Positions 23,910 to 36,381 are shown, counted from the first letter of the stretch. The stretch: 64,000 nucleotides of DNA from Gammaproteobacteria bacterium (GCA_965243395.1 CBDEUS010000001.1:512001-576000); one strand, 5' to 3'. A program made the numbers and translations. The notes: generated from the letters alone by a model not told the origin.

Positions 23910-24406
23910 GTGAGTCATCTAAAACAGCACTATTATCTGATCATCTACGCGAAGAGATTGATGCTTGGATGTCGAGATATCCAATTGATCAGCAACAATC
24001 CGCAGTACTAGGCGCATTACGTGCACTGCAGCATGAAGAAGGATATTTGCCGGTAGATAAGATGGATGCAATTGCTGAGTATTTAGATATGCCTCCAATT
24101 GCTGTGTATGAAGTAGCTTCATTTTATTCCATGTTTGAGCTTAAACCGGTTGGTAAGCACACAATTGCAGTGTGTACAAATTTGTCTTGTATGTTACGAG
24201 GCGCAGATGAAATTTTGAATCATCTTGAAACTAAGCTTGAAATCAAACTAGGCGAAAGTACTGGAGACGGAAAGTTTTATTTGAAAAAAGAAGAAGAATG
24301 TTTAGCCGCATGTTGCGGTGCACCTATGATGCAAGTAGACCACGTATATAAAGAGAATCTTACTATTGAAAAAGTCGACCAAATATTAGAAGAGCTTGAA
24401 GATTAA
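23906..24406 (+). CDS. nuoE: NADH-quinone oxidoreductase subunit E
   Basis: [14 protein letters not shown] and ECLAAC 2Fe-2S ligands. Confidence 0.97.
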   Translation: MSESSKTALLSDHLREEIDAWMSRYPIDQQQSAVLGALRALQHEEGYLPVDKMDAIAEYLDMPPIAVYEVASFYSMFELKPVGKHTIAVCTNLSCMLRGADEILNHLETKLEIKLGESTGDGKFYLKKEEECLAACCGAPMMQVDHVYKENLTIEKVDQILEELED

Positions 24407-24423
24407 TTTAATAGAATAAAAAA

Positions 24424-25722
24424 ATGCAATTAAACAACGTTTGCTATCAGACTTTAAAATTTGACGAACCCTGGACATTGGAAAATTACAGGAGTGTAGG
24501 GGGTTATTCTGCACTGGAAAAAATTCTGCAACAAAACATTTCTGCTGATGAAGTTTTAGAGCAGGTAAAAGCATCTGGTTTGCGTGGCAGAGGAGGGGCA
24601 GGATTTCCGACTGGCCTGAAGTGGAGTTTTATGCCACGAGATCCTGAAATTGAAAGCTATGTTGTGTGTAATTCTGATGAGTCTGAACCTGGTACTTGTA
24701 AAGACCGTGACATATTAAGATTTAATCCGCATTCAGTCATAGAAGGAATGACCATCGCAGCTTATGCAATGCGTTTAGGCGTTGGCTATAACTATTTGCG
24801 TGGTGAGTTTTTAGATGAACCTTATAAACGATTTGCTGAAGCGTTGAATGAAGCTTATGCAGCAGGTTATTTGGGTGACAATATTCTTGATAGCGATTTT
24901 ACTTTTTATCTATATGACACTTTAGGTGCCGGTGCATATATATGTGGTGAAGAAACTGCATTGTTAGAGTCTTTAGAGGGCAAAAAAGGTCAGCCACGTT
25001 TTAAACCTCCATTCCCTGCAAATGTGGGTTTATATGGGAAACCCACTACAGTCAATAACACGGAAACATTTGCTTCTGTACCAAGTATTATCCGTGAAGG
25101 TGCAGACTGGTTTGCTTCACTAGGTGTTGAAAAAAGTGGTGGTACAAAATGTTTTTCAGTTTCAGGTCATGTAAATAAACCTGGAAATTATGAAGTGCCA
25201 TTAGGCATGCCGTTCTCAGAGTTGCTTGATTTGGCCGGTGGTATTTTGGATGGCAAAAAATTAAAAGCCGTAATTCCGGGCGGATCATCTGTGCCGGTGG
25301 TTCCTGGTGACATCATGATGGCAACCAATATGGATTATGAATCCATTTCGCAAGCTGGCTCGCTATTAGGTTCGGGAGCAGTGGTTGTGATGGATGAAAC
25401 TACCGATATGGTAAAAGTTTTACAGCGAATTTCACGTTTTTATTTTTCAGAATCCTGTGGACAGTGCACACCCTGTAGAGAAGGAACCGGGTGGCTATAT
25501 CGTATGCTTAGCAGAATAGTTGAAGGTGATGGTTTACCTGAAGATATAGATAAATTAGATGATGTAGCTAAAAAAATTGAAGGTAGAACAATTTGTGCTT
25601 TAGGCGATGCGGCAGCGATGCCTGTATATAGTTTTATAAAACACTATCGTGACGAATTTGCCTATTACATTGAACATGGTCATAGCATGCTTGATGCAGA
25701 AAAACAAAAAGATGCGGCTTAA
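24424..25722 (+). CDS. nuoF: NADH-quinone oxidoreductase subunit F
   Basis: [27 protein letters not shown] and [12 protein letters not shown] motifs. Confidence 0.98.
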   Translation: MQLNNVCYQTLKFDEPWTLENYRSVGGYSALEKILQQNISADEVLEQVKASGLRGRGGAGFPTGLKWSFMPRDPEIESYVVCNSDESEPGTCKDRDILRFNPHSVIEGMTIAAYAMRLGVGYNYLRGEFLDEPYKRFAEALNEAYAAGYLGDNILDSDFTFYLYDTLGAGAYICGEETALLESLEGKKGQPRFKPPFPANVGLYGKPTTVNNTETFASVPSIIREGADWFASLGVEKSGGTKCFSVSGHVNKPGNYEVPLGMPFSELLDLAGGILDGKKLKAVIPGGSSVPVVPGDIMMATNMDYESISQAGSLLGSGAVVVMDETTDMVKVLQRISRFYFSESCGQCTPCREGTGWLYRMLSRIVEGDGLPEDIDKLDDVAKKIEGRTICALGDAAAMPVYSFIKHYRDEFAYYIEHGHSMLDAEKQKDAA

Positions 25723-25737
25723 TTATTTTTAAATAAC

Positions 25738-28125
25738 ATGTCTGAAGATACGATTACATTATTTGTTAATGATCAAGAAGTCACTGCACGTAAAGGTGCT
25801 ATGGTGATTGAAGTTACTGATCAACATGACATTGATGTCCCTCGTTTTTGCTATCACAAAAAATTATCCGTTGCTGCAAACTGTCGTATGTGCATGGTTG
25901 AAGTTGAGAATGTGCCAAAACCTTTACCTGCTTGTGCAACGCCTGTTGCTGAAGGAATGAAGGTGTATACCAAATCGACACTCGCATTGGATGCTCAAAA
26001 AAGCACAATGGAATTTTTGCTAATTAATCATCCATTAGATTGTCCTGTTTGTGATCAAGGCGGAGAGTGTGAGCTACAAGATGTTGCCATGGGTTATGGC
26101 AATGATGTTTCTCGATTTACAGAGAGGAAACGTGTAGTTGCAGATAAAGAATTAGGGCCATTAGTGTCTACAGATATGACCCGATGTATTCACTGTACGC
26201 GCTGTGTCCGGTTTGGCACTGAAATCGCAGGTATAAGCGAACTGGGTGCGACCGGTCGTGGTGAATTTATGGAAATTGGGACCTTTGTTGAAAAATCACT
26301 TAGTTCAGAATTATCAGGAAATGTTATCGATGTATGTCCAGTCGGTGCTTTGAATGCAAAACCTTCGCGTATGACGGCACGAGCCTGGGAGATGCTTCAG
26401 TCTCCAAGTGTAATTCCACATGATGGAATGGGTTCGAATGTTTATTTGCACACTTTACGAAATCAGGTGATGCGTGTAGTGCCAAGGGAAAACGAAGAAA
26501 TCAATGAAACTTGGATTTCGGATCGTGACCGATTTAGCTATGAAGGATTGAATAGCTCAGATCGTGCCACACAGCCCTTGCAAAAAACGGATCAAGGATG
26601 GCAAACATGTGATTGGGATTCTTGTTTAACGAATATAGCCAGTTCGCTTAAAGAGTTTCAGGCTGATGACATTGGAGTGCTAGCTGCCCCACATTCAACT
26701 TTAGAAGAACTTTTCTTGTTACAAAAAATGTTTCGAAAAATAGGTGTGAATAATATCGATCATCGCACGCAACAACTTGATTTTGCAGACCAGGAAGCCA
26801 TGCCGTTGTTTCCTTATCTCGGGCAGTCCATACAATCGATTGAAAATAACGACAGTATTTTTTTAGTAGGCAGCAATATTCGATTAGAAAATCCGATGTT
26901 AGCGCATCGAATTCGCAAAGCGAATGGAAAAGTTAATGGTAGAAGATGTGAAGTTTTCACGCTTAACCCTCAGATGTTCGAATTCCATTTTAAGTTGGAA
27001 CAAACTTGGTGTGCGGCACCACAAATTTGGATAAATATTTTAGCGGAAATAGCTAAATGTGCACAAACAACTGATGGTTTACCTAATGAAATTAAATCAA
27101 TTGTTGATAGTGTATCTGTCTCCGTTGACGCACAGCAAATTTATAATTCATTAAAGTTTGGCAAACAAACAAGTGTAATAGTTGGTGCTATTGCAGAAAG
27201 TCATCCACAAGCTTCTGCATTACGTTGTCTGAGTAATTTTATAGCTAAGGTTACTGATTCAACTTTTTCTATTCTGGCACGCTCCGGAAATACTGCGGGG
27301 GCATGGCTGGCAGGGGTCTTACCGCATCGTACACACGCAGGAAAAAGTTCATTGAGCAATGGCTTGAATGCTTATGAAATGATTATTAATTCTAGAAAGG
27401 CATACTTTTTATTTAATTTAGAACCAGAATTTGATTTTACCAATGCAACGGCTGCAATTCAGGCAATGCAAAAAGCAGATTATGTAGTTGTGTGTTCGCC
27501 TTATATAAATGAAGAGCTTAAACAGTATGCAAATCTGATTTTACCTATCGCAACATTTGCAGAAACGGATGGCACCTTTGTAAACAATGAAGGTCGATGG
27601 CAAAGTGTGGCAAAAGCTGTTTCTGCGCCAGGTCAGGCGCGACCAGGTTGGAAAGTTTTACGAGTTTTAGCAAATAAGCTGGGGTGTGATGAAGTACAGT
27701 ACCAGTCAAGTGATGAAATTCGTGATGAACTAAAACAAAATTTTGATAGTGCAGAAGCATTTGATAGCAATTTAAAAGATTTTAATCATATAACTGTGTT
27801 GTCTAGTGAAGAGGCAATATATCGCGTATCTGATTCACCAGTTTATGCACTCGATAATGTTTTGCGACGTGCAATTTCTTTGCAGCAAGCAGTGGAAGAT
27901 TCTCAAAACTATATTGCAATGTCTGAACAGCAAGCCATTGACTTGAATGTTCAAAACGAAAAAGTTGTAAGAGTGGTTCAAGGGAACCATGAAGCAACAT
28001 TACCTTTACGTATTGCTAACGAAATTTCATATAACTGTGTATGGATACAAAAGAGTGGAACGATGAGTGATTCACTAGGTGAAGCAATTGCACCTGTAGA
28101 AATCCAAAGGACCGCAAATGCTTGA
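25738..28125 (+). CDS. nuoG: NADH-quinone oxidoreductase subunit G
   Basis: PRFCYH...[23 protein letters not shown] and [11 protein letters not shown] motifs. Confidence 0.98.
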   Translation: MSEDTITLFVNDQEVTARKGAMVIEVTDQHDIDVPRFCYHKKLSVAANCRMCMVEVENVPKPLPACATPVAEGMKVYTKSTLALDAQKSTMEFLLINHPLDCPVCDQGGECELQDVAMGYGNDVSRFTERKRVVADKELGPLVSTDMTRCIHCTRCVRFGTEIAGISELGATGRGEFMEIGTFVEKSLSSELSGNVIDVCPVGALNAKPSRMTARAWEMLQSPSVIPHDGMGSNVYLHTLRNQVMRVVPRENEEINETWISDRDRFSYEGLNSSDRATQPLQKTDQGWQTCDWDSCLTNIASSLKEFQADDIGVLAAPHSTLEELFLLQKMFRKIGVNNIDHRTQQLDFADQEAMPLFPYLGQSIQSIENNDSIFLVGSNIRLENPMLAHRIRKANGKVNGRRCEVFTLNPQMFEFHFKLEQTWCAAPQIWINILAEIAKCAQTTDGLPNEIKSIVDSVSVSVDAQQIYNSLKFGKQTSVIVGAIAESHPQASALRCLSNFIAKVTDSTFSILARSGNTAGAWLAGVLPHRTHAGKSSLSNGLNAYEMIINSRKAYFLFNLEPEFDFTNATAAIQAMQKADYVVVCSPYINEELKQYANLILPIATFAETDGTFVNNEGRWQSVAKAVSAPGQARPGWKVLRVLANKLGCDEVQYQSSDEIRDELKQNFDSAEAFDSNLKDFNHITVLSSEEAIYRVSDSPVYALDNVLRRAISLQQAVEDSQNYIAMSEQQAIDLNVQNEKVVRVVQGNHEATLPLRIANEISYNCVWIQKSGTMSDSLGEAIAPVEIQRTANA

Positions 28126-29170
28126 ATGGGTCCAAAGCTTTTTAGCAGCCGTACCTCCATTACTACTGTTAACGGCTTATATGTTTATTTTTGTATTGGT
28201 GTTATTTGGCTGTGTTGCCTATGTAACCTTGGCTGAACGTAGGGTGATCGGTTTTATGCAGGTACGCGTGGGTCCAAACAGAGTAGGACCAAGAGGTTTC
28301 GGTCAACCCATTGCTGATGCATTAAAATTAATGTTTAAAGAAATGATTTTGCCGAATGATGCAGATCGTTTCCTGTTTCGATTGGCGCCATTGTTATCCA
28401 TGATTCCTGCTTTAGCGGCATGGGCTGTGATTCCATTTGCTGAGGGGTGGAATTTTGCCGATATCAATGCAGGATTATTGTATGTCCTAGCGATGACCTC
28501 ATTAGGTGTGTATGGAGTGATCGTTGCAGGTTGGGCTTCAAATTCAAAATACGCATTATTAGGTGCACTACGCTCTGCTGCTCAAATTGTTGCTTATGAA
28601 ATAGCAATGGGGTTTGCATTGGTGGGTGTGCTGATGGCGAGTGGTAGTTTAAATTTAGGCGATATTATTGAAGCACAAAAAGGAAGTGTCTTGCATTGGT
28701 ATTGGCTTCCATTATTCCCATTGTTTTTGGCTTATCTCATATCTGGTGTAGCAGAAACCAATCGTTCACCTTTTGATGTTGTGGAAGGGGAATCCGAAAT
28801 TGTGGCTGGGTTTCATGTTGAATATTCAGGAATGGGGTTTGCACTTTTCTTCTTAGCTGAATATGCAAATATTATTTTAATTTCTGCATTAACAGCTCTG
28901 TTATTTCTTGGAGGGTGGTTGAGTCCGTTTCCAGAGAGCTGGGCGAGTCTTCCCTATATTGGGTTTGTGCTTGGGCATGGTCCGCATATGTTTATTGCCA
29001 AGACTTGTTTCTTTATTTTTTGTTTTCTTTGGTTTCGTGCGACATTTCCGCGTTACCGTTACGATCAAATAATGCGTTTAGGATGGAAAATTTTATTGCC
29101 GGTTACATTGATTTGGATTTTTGTAGAAGGTGTTCTTCTTTATTTTGAAGTACCCCCTTGGTTTGATTAA
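28118..29170 (+). CDS. nuoH: NADH-quinone oxidoreductase subunit H
   Basis: ERR..G.MQ.R.GPNRVG, AETNR.PFD..EGESE and PRYRYDQ motifs. Confidence 0.98.
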   Translation: MLEWVQSFLAAVPPLLLLTAYMFIFVLVLFGCVAYVTLAERRVIGFMQVRVGPNRVGPRGFGQPIADALKLMFKEMILPNDADRFLFRLAPLLSMIPALAAWAVIPFAEGWNFADINAGLLYVLAMTSLGVYGVIVAGWASNSKYALLGALRSAAQIVAYEIAMGFALVGVLMASGSLNLGDIIEAQKGSVLHWYWLPLFPLFLAYLISGVAETNRSPFDVVEGESEIVAGFHVEYSGMGFALFFLAEYANIILISALTALLFLGGWLSPFPESWASLPYIGFVLGHGPHMFIAKTCFFIFCFLWFRATFPRYRYDQIMRLGWKILLPVTLIWIFVEGVLLYFEVPPWFD

Positions 29171-29173
29171 TAA

Positions 29174-29662
29174 ATGAAAAGTCTTATTAACATAATTAAA
29201 AGTTTCACCCTTTTTGAGTTGCTCAAAGGTATGAGCTTAACGGGCAGACGTTTCGTATCTAAAAAATTTACCGTCCAATATCCTGAAGAAAAAACACCAC
29301 AGTCACCACGTTTTCGTGGATTGCATGCTTTACGCAGATATCCTAGCGGTGAAGAGCGTTGTATAGGTTGCAAACTTTGCGAAGCTGTATGTCCGGCATT
29401 GGCTATAACGATTGATTCTGAAGAGCGTGAAGATGGTAGCCGCCGTACGACACGATATGACATTGATTTATTTAAATGTGTCTATTGTGGATTTTGTGAA
29501 GAAGCATGCCCGGTTGATGCAATTGTGGAAACGAGAATTTTTGAGTATTCATTTTTTGAGCGAGGTACTCAAGTGATGACGAAAGACATGTTGCTTGAAG
29601 TAGGAAGGAAGCATGAAGAGCAAATTGCGAATGATCGCCAGGTAGATGCTCAGTATAGGTAG
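29174..29662 (+). CDS. nuoI: NADH-quinone oxidoreductase subunit I
   Basis: Two CxxCxxCxxxCP 4Fe-4S motifs. Confidence 0.98.
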   Translation: MKSLINIIKSFTLFELLKGMSLTGRRFVSKKFTVQYPEEKTPQSPRFRGLHALRRYPSGEERCIGCKLCEAVCPALAITIDSEEREDGSRRTTRYDIDLFKCVYCGFCEEACPVDAIVETRIFEYSFFERGTQVMTKDMLLEVGRKHEEQIANDRQVDAQYR

Positions 29663-29671
29663 TACTAATAA

Positions 29672-30256
29672 ATGTTAATTCAATCTGCAGTTTTTTATTT
29701 TTTTGCAATTATTCTAGTTTCATCTGCTGTTGCAATGATCACTGTTCGTAATCCTGTGCATGCAGCGTTATTTTTAGTGCTGGCTTTTTTTACCAGTGGC
29801 GCAATTTGGATTATGTTGGAAGCCGAGTTTTTAGGTATTACCTTGGTCCTTGTCTATGTTGGTGCCGTGATGGTGTTGTTTTTGTTTGTTGTGATGATGT
29901 TGGATATCAACATTGCAAAAATGCGCGCCGGTTTTGCAAAATATTTACCTGTTGGACTTATTGTAGGTGCCATTATGGCGGCAGAAATGGTGATAATTTT
30001 AGGCAAATCTAATTTCGAGCATGCGCAAGTTAGTCCAAAGCCTCCAGACTATAGTAATACCCAAGAATTAGGCGAATTACTTTTTACTGAATATGTATAT
30101 CCGTTTGAAATAGCAGGTGTAATTTTATTGGTTGCGATCATAGCAGCCATTACATTAACGATGCGTAAACGCACGGTGTCTAAACATCAAAAACCGCATC
30201 AGCAAATTCATGCAGATAAGACAAAGCGTGTAAGGCTAGTAGACATAGAAAAATAG
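29672..30256 (+). CDS. nuoJ: NADH-quinone oxidoreductase subunit J
   Basis: NPVHAALFL and VYVGAVMVLFLFVVMML motifs. Confidence 0.97.
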   Translation: MLIQSAVFYFFAIILVSSAVAMITVRNPVHAALFLVLAFFTSGAIWIMLEAEFLGITLVLVYVGAVMVLFLFVVMMLDINIAKMRAGFAKYLPVGLIVGAIMAAEMVIILGKSNFEHAQVSPKPPDYSNTQELGELLFTEYVYPFEIAGVILLVAIIAAITLTMRKRTVSKHQKPHQQIHADKTKRVRLVDIEK

Positions 30257-30304
30257 CAATTAATAAATAAAAACAATAAATATTAAGCTAAAAAATTTAA
30301 TTCG

Positions 30305-30610
30305 ATGATTACGCTGACACATTTTCTTGCACTAGGTGCAATTTTGTTCTCGCTTAGTATTGCGGGAATATTTCTCAATCGAAAAAATGTCATTTTATTG
30401 CTAATGGCTATTGAATTGATGCTATTAGCAGTAAATATGAATTTCATAGCCTTCTCTCATTATTTAGACGATCTTGCAGGTCAAGTATTCGTATTTTTTA
30501 TTCTCACTGTGGCTGCGGCCGAGGCTGCAATTGGTTTAGCTATATTAGTTGTTCTTTATCGCAATCGATCTACGATTAATGTTCAGGATCTTGAAGAGTT
30601 AAAAGGTTAA
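30305..30610 (+). CDS. nuoK: NADH-quinone oxidoreductase subunit K
   Basis: IELMLLAVN and [12 protein letters not shown] motifs. Confidence 0.98.
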   Translation: MITLTHFLALGAILFSLSIAGIFLNRKNVILLLMAIELMLLAVNMNFIAFSHYLDDLAGQVFVFFILTVAAAEAAIGLAILVVLYRNRSTINVQDLEELKG

Positions 30611-30623
30611 ACAGAGAAGTTAA

Positions 30624-32573
30624 ATGAAAACGCTTTGTTTAATAATTGTATTAGCACCTTTGCTAGCCGCAATCATTGCAGGATTGTTTGGGCGTGTAAT
30701 AGGGCGGAGTGGTGCGCATTGGGTAACTATTATTGGTGTCGCGATCTCATTTTTTTTAAGTTTAATAGTCTTTAAACAGATTATATTTGATCAAGTTGAA
30801 CCTGCCTCGTTTGATGTATATGAATGGCTGTCTTTAGGGGCATTAACTTTTAAGGTTGGATTTTTGATTGACGCCTTAACGGTTACCATGATGGTGGTCG
30901 TGACCTTCGTGTCTTTGATGGTGCATATCTACACCATTGGCTATATGCATGATGATCCTGGCTATCAGCGTTTCTTTTCCTACATCTCATTGTTTACCTT
31001 TTCCATGCTTATGCTGGTTATGGCAAACAACTTCATGCAACTGTTTTTTGGTTGGGAGGCAGTCGGCTTGGTTTCATATTTATTAATCGGGTTCTGGTAC
31101 ACGAGAGAGAGTGCAATATTTGCCAATCTGAAAGCGTTTCTAGTCAACCGAGTCGGCGATTTTGGTTTTATTTTAGGTATTGCAGCCGTTTTAGCTGTGT
31201 TCAATAGCTTGGATTATGAATCTGTATTTTCCCAAGCGCCATTAATTAACACACAAACATTTTCAATCACTGAAAATATTCAGTGGCCTGTAATGACAGT
31301 CATATGCCTGTTGTTGTTTGTGGGTGCGATGGGTAAATCTGCTCAAGTACCCTTACATGTTTGGTTACCCGATTCTATGGAAGGTCCAACACCTATTTCT
31401 GCATTAATTCACGCAGCCACAATGGTAACCGCGGGTATTTTTATGGTGGCACGAATGTCACCTTTATTTGAATTAAGCGAAACAGCTTTATCGGTTGTTT
31501 TAGTAATTGGTGCCGTCACTGCATTTTTCATGGGGCTAATCGGCATAGTGCAGAATGATATTAAACGCGTGATTGCATATTCCACGCTTTCGCAATTGGG
31601 TTATATGACGGTTGCATTAGGCGCCTCGGCCTACTCAATCGCAATCTTTCATTTGTTCACTCATGCATTCTTCAAAGCTCTTCTATTCTTAGGAGCGGGG
31701 TCTGTCATAGCCGCACTGCATCATGAGCAAGATATGCAAAAGATGGGAGGCTTAAAAAAGTATATGCCTATCACTTATTGGACGATGGTCATTGGAACAC
31801 TCGCACTGATAGGTACACCTTTCTTTGCTGGATTTTATTCCAAAGATGCCATTATCGAAGCTGTAAAGTACTCCAATATTTATGGGCATCAATTTGCATA
31901 TTGGATGGTATTGGCAGGGGTTTTCGTAACCGCATTTTATTCATTCCGTTTGTTGTTTTTAACATTTCATGGCGAAAGTCGAATGGACAAACATACCGAA
32001 GAACATGTGAAAGAATCTCCAAAAGTAATTACTGTGCCCTTGATCTTATTAGCAATTCCTTCTGTCATCGCGGGTTACTTTATTGGCAGCATCGCAATAG
32101 GTGATTACTTTGCAGAAAGTATTTTTGTGGCTGAATCACACCGAGCTGTTGCAGAACTGCAATCTCATTACCATGGGGTAATTAAGTTCACTTTGCATGC
32201 TTTTGCAGTACCTACACTTTACTTAGCGGCGGCGGGTGTCGTCCTTGCTTGGATTTTTTATATCTACAAACCACAACTCGCGGAAACACTAAAACAAAAA
32301 TTCAAAGCGATTCATACACTCTTATATAACAAGTATGGCATTGATGAGTTGTACCAAGCTTTGTTTGCAACAGGGTTTAAAAAAATTGGCGCCTTCTGTG
32401 ATTCCTTTGGTGATCGATTATTAATTGATGGATTGGTCGTTAATGGTTCCGCAAAAATCGTTAACTGGTTTTCATCTAAAGTGCGCGGGATTCAAACCGG
32501 TTATCTTTACCACTATGCCTTTGCCATGATCATTGGTTTATTAATTCTTATGAGCAAACTCTTTTTGCAATAG
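30624..32573 (+). CDS. nuoL: NADH-quinone oxidoreductase subunit L
   Basis: GKSAQVPLHVWLPDSMEGPTPISALIHAATMV motif. Confidence 0.98.
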   Translation: MKTLCLIIVLAPLLAAIIAGLFGRVIGRSGAHWVTIIGVAISFFLSLIVFKQIIFDQVEPASFDVYEWLSLGALTFKVGFLIDALTVTMMVVVTFVSLMVHIYTIGYMHDDPGYQRFFSYISLFTFSMLMLVMANNFMQLFFGWEAVGLVSYLLIGFWYTRESAIFANLKAFLVNRVGDFGFILGIAAVLAVFNSLDYESVFSQAPLINTQTFSITENIQWPVMTVICLLLFVGAMGKSAQVPLHVWLPDSMEGPTPISALIHAATMVTAGIFMVARMSPLFELSETALSVVLVIGAVTAFFMGLIGIVQNDIKRVIAYSTLSQLGYMTVALGASAYSIAIFHLFTHAFFKALLFLGAGSVIAALHHEQDMQKMGGLKKYMPITYWTMVIGTLALIGTPFFAGFYSKDAIIEAVKYSNIYGHQFAYWMVLAGVFVTAFYSFRLLFLTFHGESRMDKHTEEHVKESPKVITVPLILLAIPSVIAGYFIGSIAIGDYFAESIFVAESHRAVAELQSHYHGVIKFTLHAFAVPTLYLAAAGVVLAWIFYIYKPQLAETLKQKFKAIHTLLYNKYGIDELYQALFATGFKKIGAFCDSFGDRLLIDGLVVNGSAKIVNWFSSKVRGIQTGYLYHYAFAMIIGLLILMSKLFLQ

Positions 32574-32578
32574 TTACT

Positions 32579-34090
32579 ATGCTTACCTCTTTGCCAATTT
32601 TAAGTACATTAATATGGCTGCCTATCATAGGTGGTTTGTTGGTACTCGTTGCAAAGAAAGTTTCAGTCTCTAGTGTACCCTGGTTGTCATTGCTTATAGC
32701 CATCGCAACTTTTCTTGTGAGCATAGTATTAGCGAAAGGTTTTGATAGCAGTCAACATGCTATGCAGTTTTATGAGCACTTTGCATGGATAAAGGTTTTC
32801 GATATTTATTATGCCCTTGGTGTTGACGGTATTGCAGTTCCACTAATACTGCTCACCACTGTAATGACGGTGCTTGTGATCATCGCAGGATGGGAAATTT
32901 CAAAAGAGCGAATAGCAGAATATTTCGCAGCTTTTTTGATTCTCGAAGGATTAATGATCGGAGTGTTTTGCGCATTGGATGCAATTCTTTTTTATATCTT
33001 CTTCGAAGGTATGTTGATCCCTATGTTTTTAATTATTGGGATATGGGGTGGTCCAAGAAGGGTGTATGCAACGATCAAGTTTTTCTTGTATACCTTCTTT
33101 GGTTCGGTATTTTTATTGATCGCATTAATATATTTATATCTCAATGCCGGGACTTTCGAAATCGCGGCTCTACAACTTGCAACACTAGATCAGACTCAAC
33201 AATTATTTTTATTTTTGGCATTCTTTATAGCTTTTGCGGTTAAGATTCCAATGTGGCCGGTACATACCTGGCTGCCCGATGCACACGTAGAAGCCCCCAC
33301 AGGTGGGTCAGTAATTTTGGCGGCCATAATGTTGAAAGTTGGTGGGTACGGCTTTTTACGTTTTAGTATTCCAATAACACCATATGCAAGTAGTCAACTT
33401 GCCTATTTAATCATTGCAATTTCGCTCATCGCGGTTGTGTATATCGGTTATGTAGCTTTGGCGCAGCGCGATATGAAAAAACTTATTGCCTATTCTTCGA
33501 TAGCACATATGGGGTTTGTTACTCTCGGCTTTTTCGTTATTTATAAATTAACGTTTGCCAACAGTTCATACTCAGAACTGGCTCTACAAGGCGGTATGGT
33601 GCAAATGATCTCACATGGATTTATATCGGGGGCGATGTTCTTGTGTGTGGGGGTTTTATACGATCGTATGCATAGTCGACAAATTGCAGATTATGGTGGC
33701 GTGGTTAATACCATGCCAAAGTTTGCAACGTTCTTTGTAATTTTTGCTATGGCGAATGCAGGATTACCAGGTACTTCTGGTTTCGTGGGTGAATTCATGG
33801 TGATTCTGGCTAGTTTCAAAGCCAATGTTTGGATTGCGTTCTTGGCGGCGACCACTTTAATTCTTGGTGCGGCCTATACGCTTTGGATGATTAAACGCGT
33901 GTTATTTGGCTCAGTAGCAAATGATGAAGTAGCCAAACTCAAAGATATTAATACACGAGAGTTTTTCTGTTTATTTGTTCTAACAATATTAGTTCTCTGG
34001 ATCGGGCTTTGGCCAGCACCCTTAATTGAAATGATGGATGCTTCAGTTACAAACTTGTTATATCAAGCTCATCAAACAAACCTTCCATAA
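32579..34090 (+). CDS. nuoM: NADH-quinone oxidoreductase subunit M
   Basis: KIPMWPVHTWLPDAHVEAPTGGS motif. Confidence 0.98.
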   Translation: MLTSLPILSTLIWLPIIGGLLVLVAKKVSVSSVPWLSLLIAIATFLVSIVLAKGFDSSQHAMQFYEHFAWIKVFDIYYALGVDGIAVPLILLTTVMTVLVIIAGWEISKERIAEYFAAFLILEGLMIGVFCALDAILFYIFFEGMLIPMFLIIGIWGGPRRVYATIKFFLYTFFGSVFLLIALIYLYLNAGTFEIAALQLATLDQTQQLFLFLAFFIAFAVKIPMWPVHTWLPDAHVEAPTGGSVILAAIMLKVGGYGFLRFSIPITPYASSQLAYLIIAISLIAVVYIGYVALAQRDMKKLIAYSSIAHMGFVTLGFFVIYKLTFANSSYSELALQGGMVQMISHGFISGAMFLCVGVLYDRMHSRQIADYGGVVNTMPKFATFFVIFAMANAGLPGTSGFVGEFMVILASFKANVWIAFLAATTLILGAAYTLWMIKRVLFGSVANDEVAKLKDINTREFFCLFVLTILVLWIGLWPAPLIEMMDASVTNLLYQAHQTNLP

Positions 34091-34096
34091 AAAATT

Positions 34097-35587
34097 ATGA
34101 ACAGCTTAGATATATATTCACTTGAATCACTTCCTGATTTCTCAAATTCATTGATGGATTGGTTTGTGCTGATGCCAGAAATATTTATGTTATTAGCGGC
34201 ATCTTCAATTCTAATGATTGGTTTGTTTACGGGTCGCAAGAATGAGCTTATTACTTATCTATTGAGCTTAGCTACCTTACTGGTGATGATTTATTTATTA
34301 GTAGGGGCTAATAAATATAATGATTCAATACTGTTTGATGGAATGTATGTGATAGATAGTCTGGCTAATTTCATCAAAATATTAGTATGCATAACGGTTA
34401 TAGCTATATTTATTTATGTGCGACCATACTTAGTAAATCGAAATTTTGCTAAGCCAGAGTTTTATATTCTAGGTTTGTTTGCAACGCTTGGTATGCTGAT
34501 CATGGCATCAGCACAAAATTTCATTACGATTTATCTGGGCCTAGAATTGCTTTCTTTATGTCTATACGCACTTGTTGCTTATGTACGTGATTCCAATAAT
34601 GCTTCTGAAGCAGCCATTAAGTATTTTGTATTGGGTGCCATAGCTTCGGGAATGCTTTTGTATGGCATGTCTATCTTATACGGTATTACGGGTTCCTTAA
34701 GTTTGAATGAGATTAGTCTCTATTTAGCTGATCAAAGTGATATCAATATCGGTTTAATTTTTGCCTTAACATTTATTGTTATAGGTGTGGCATTCAAATT
34801 TGGTGCAGTACCTTTTCATATGTGGGTTCCTGATGTTTATCAAGGCGCGCCTACAGCAGTAACCCTTTTCATTGCAACCGCTCCAAAATTTGCGGCGTTT
34901 GTGATGGCAATACGTTTGCTAAGCGATGGGTTGCAACCCTTATATATTGATTGGCAGCAAATGCTGATCATTCTTGCAGTTTTGTCATTAATTTTAGGAA
35001 ATGTCATAGCTATAGCGCAAACTCATATTAAACGCATGCTGGCATACTCAACTATTTCACATATTGGTTTTGTCTTGCTTGGACTGCTATCGGGTGAAGA
35101 TTTTGCTTATGCATCTGCATTGTTTTATACCGCGGTATACGTATTAATGGCGGCAGGTACCTTTGCAGTACTACTAATGCTTAAAAATGATGCTAGTGAT
35201 CGTTATGAAGATGTCGATAAGCTAACTGATTTTAAAGGTTTAAGTCAGTCACATCCGTGGTTAGCTTTTTTGATGTTGCTGTTAATGTTTTCAATGGCGG
35301 GAGTACCGTTAACAGTAGGATTTTATGCAAAATTGTATGTACTACAAAGTTTGGTGTACAACGATTTTATTTGGTTAGCAGTATTGGCGGTAGTTATGTC
35401 TATCGTGGGAGCTTTTTATTACTTGCGTGTAATTAAATACATGTACTTTGACGAGATAGAAGACACTTTAACATCACAAAATGCACCGATAGCGACGGCA
35501 GTACTTTCTATCAATGGGTTATTAATTGTCGGTTTGTTTATTTTTCCAAACTATTTGCTCAATTATTGTGTAAGCGTGTTTGGTTAA
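34097..35587 (+). CDS. nuoN: NADH-quinone oxidoreductase subunit N
   Basis: EAAIKYF, FK.GAVPFHMWVPDVYQGAP and KRMLAYSTI motifs. Confidence 0.98.
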   Translation: MNSLDIYSLESLPDFSNSLMDWFVLMPEIFMLLAASSILMIGLFTGRKNELITYLLSLATLLVMIYLLVGANKYNDSILFDGMYVIDSLANFIKILVCITVIAIFIYVRPYLVNRNFAKPEFYILGLFATLGMLIMASAQNFITIYLGLELLSLCLYALVAYVRDSNNASEAAIKYFVLGAIASGMLLYGMSILYGITGSLSLNEISLYLADQSDINIGLIFALTFIVIGVAFKFGAVPFHMWVPDVYQGAPTAVTLFIATAPKFAAFVMAIRLLSDGLQPLYIDWQQMLIILAVLSLILGNVIAIAQTHIKRMLAYSTISHIGFVLLGLLSGEDFAYASALFYTAVYVLMAAGTFAVLLMLKNDASDRYEDVDKLTDFKGLSQSHPWLAFLMLLLMFSMAGVPLTVGFYAKLYVLQSLVYNDFIWLAVLAVVMSIVGAFYYLRVIKYMYFDEIEDTLTSQNAPIATAVLSINGLLIVGLFIFPNYLLNYCVSVFG

Positions 35588-35642
35588 TAAATTGAGAAAG
35601 AATTGTGTTGCTTGATTTACGACTCATACCGAGTCGCAGGAT

Positions 35643-35719
35643 TGGTAGCGGGGGCAGGATTTGAACCTGCGACCTTCGGGTTATGAGCCCGACGAGCTGC
35701 CAGACTGCTCCACCCCGCA
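35643..35719 (-). tRNA. Initiator tRNA-fMet (CAT)
   Basis: Reverse complement TGCGGGGTGGAGCAGTCTGGCAGCTCGTCGGGCTCATAACCCGAAGGTCGCAGGTTCAAATCCTGCCCCCGCTACCA; three G-C pairs in the anticodon stem and a 1:72 mismatch are initiator hallmarks. Confidence 0.97.
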
Positions 35720-35736
35720 TCGATCTGAGGCGCAAA

Positions 35737-35765
35737 AGTGTACTCAGGTGAGATTGATAATTCAA
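35737..35765 (-). promoter_or_regulatory. Sigma-70 promoter of tRNA-fMet
   Basis: Minus strand TTGAAT-N17-TACACT followed by a GC-rich discriminator (GCGCC). Confidence 0.65.
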
Positions 35766-35857
35766 GCTACTGTTTTATAAGAAAAACTTACGGCCTTTCA
35801 CAAAATGAAAGTTTTTGGAGTTAAGATATATAAGACTATGTGGCGCTTCTTGAACTA

Positions 35858-36172
35858 ATGCTGATTACATTTGAATCAAAAGCCTATGCAAATATCACCA
35901 TGTTTGGGGATATCGCAAAAAAATTGATCAAATATATGGGGCATAGTGGCTCTGTACCGGGCGCTATATTGGCTGAAGACTTGTCTGTTGCACTGGAGCA
36001 TTTACGATCATCTGTGCAATCTGAGATGGTTAATGAGCAGGCAAATGAATCGAAACGAGAACAAGAAGATAGTGAAAATTATGTGAGCATAGATAAGCGA
36101 GCGAAGCCACTGATTGAATTACTTGAAGCCGCGATTGCACAAAATGTTGACGTTATGTGGGATCAATCATAA
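35858..36172 (+). CDS. DUF1840-family protein
   Basis: MLITFESKAYANITMFGDIA..L..MGHSG.VPGAI...RA.PLIELL..A......VMW pattern. Confidence 0.85.
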   Translation: MLITFESKAYANITMFGDIAKKLIKYMGHSGSVPGAILAEDLSVALEHLRSSVQSEMVNEQANESKREQEDSENYVSIDKRAKPLIELLEAAIAQNVDVMWDQS

Positions 36173-36381
36173 GTTCACCCTCATAAAAACATCGCAAAAA
36201 TCTTATTAAATATATGTAAATAAATGATGCATTTACAGCTAGTTAGAGCATATAGTTAAGATTCTATTGTATTTTTACTAGGGTATTCAGTTCAGTTAAT
36301 AACACGGTATAATGGACCATTAAAAATAATACATACCGTCAAATTAGAATATCAATAAAGACTTAATTAAGGAGTTTGCAA

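Noticed and set aside
36224-36243. GATGCATTT upstream of the truncated hemoglobin as a possible NsrR box
   Set aside because: Only one half-site, with no symmetric partner.
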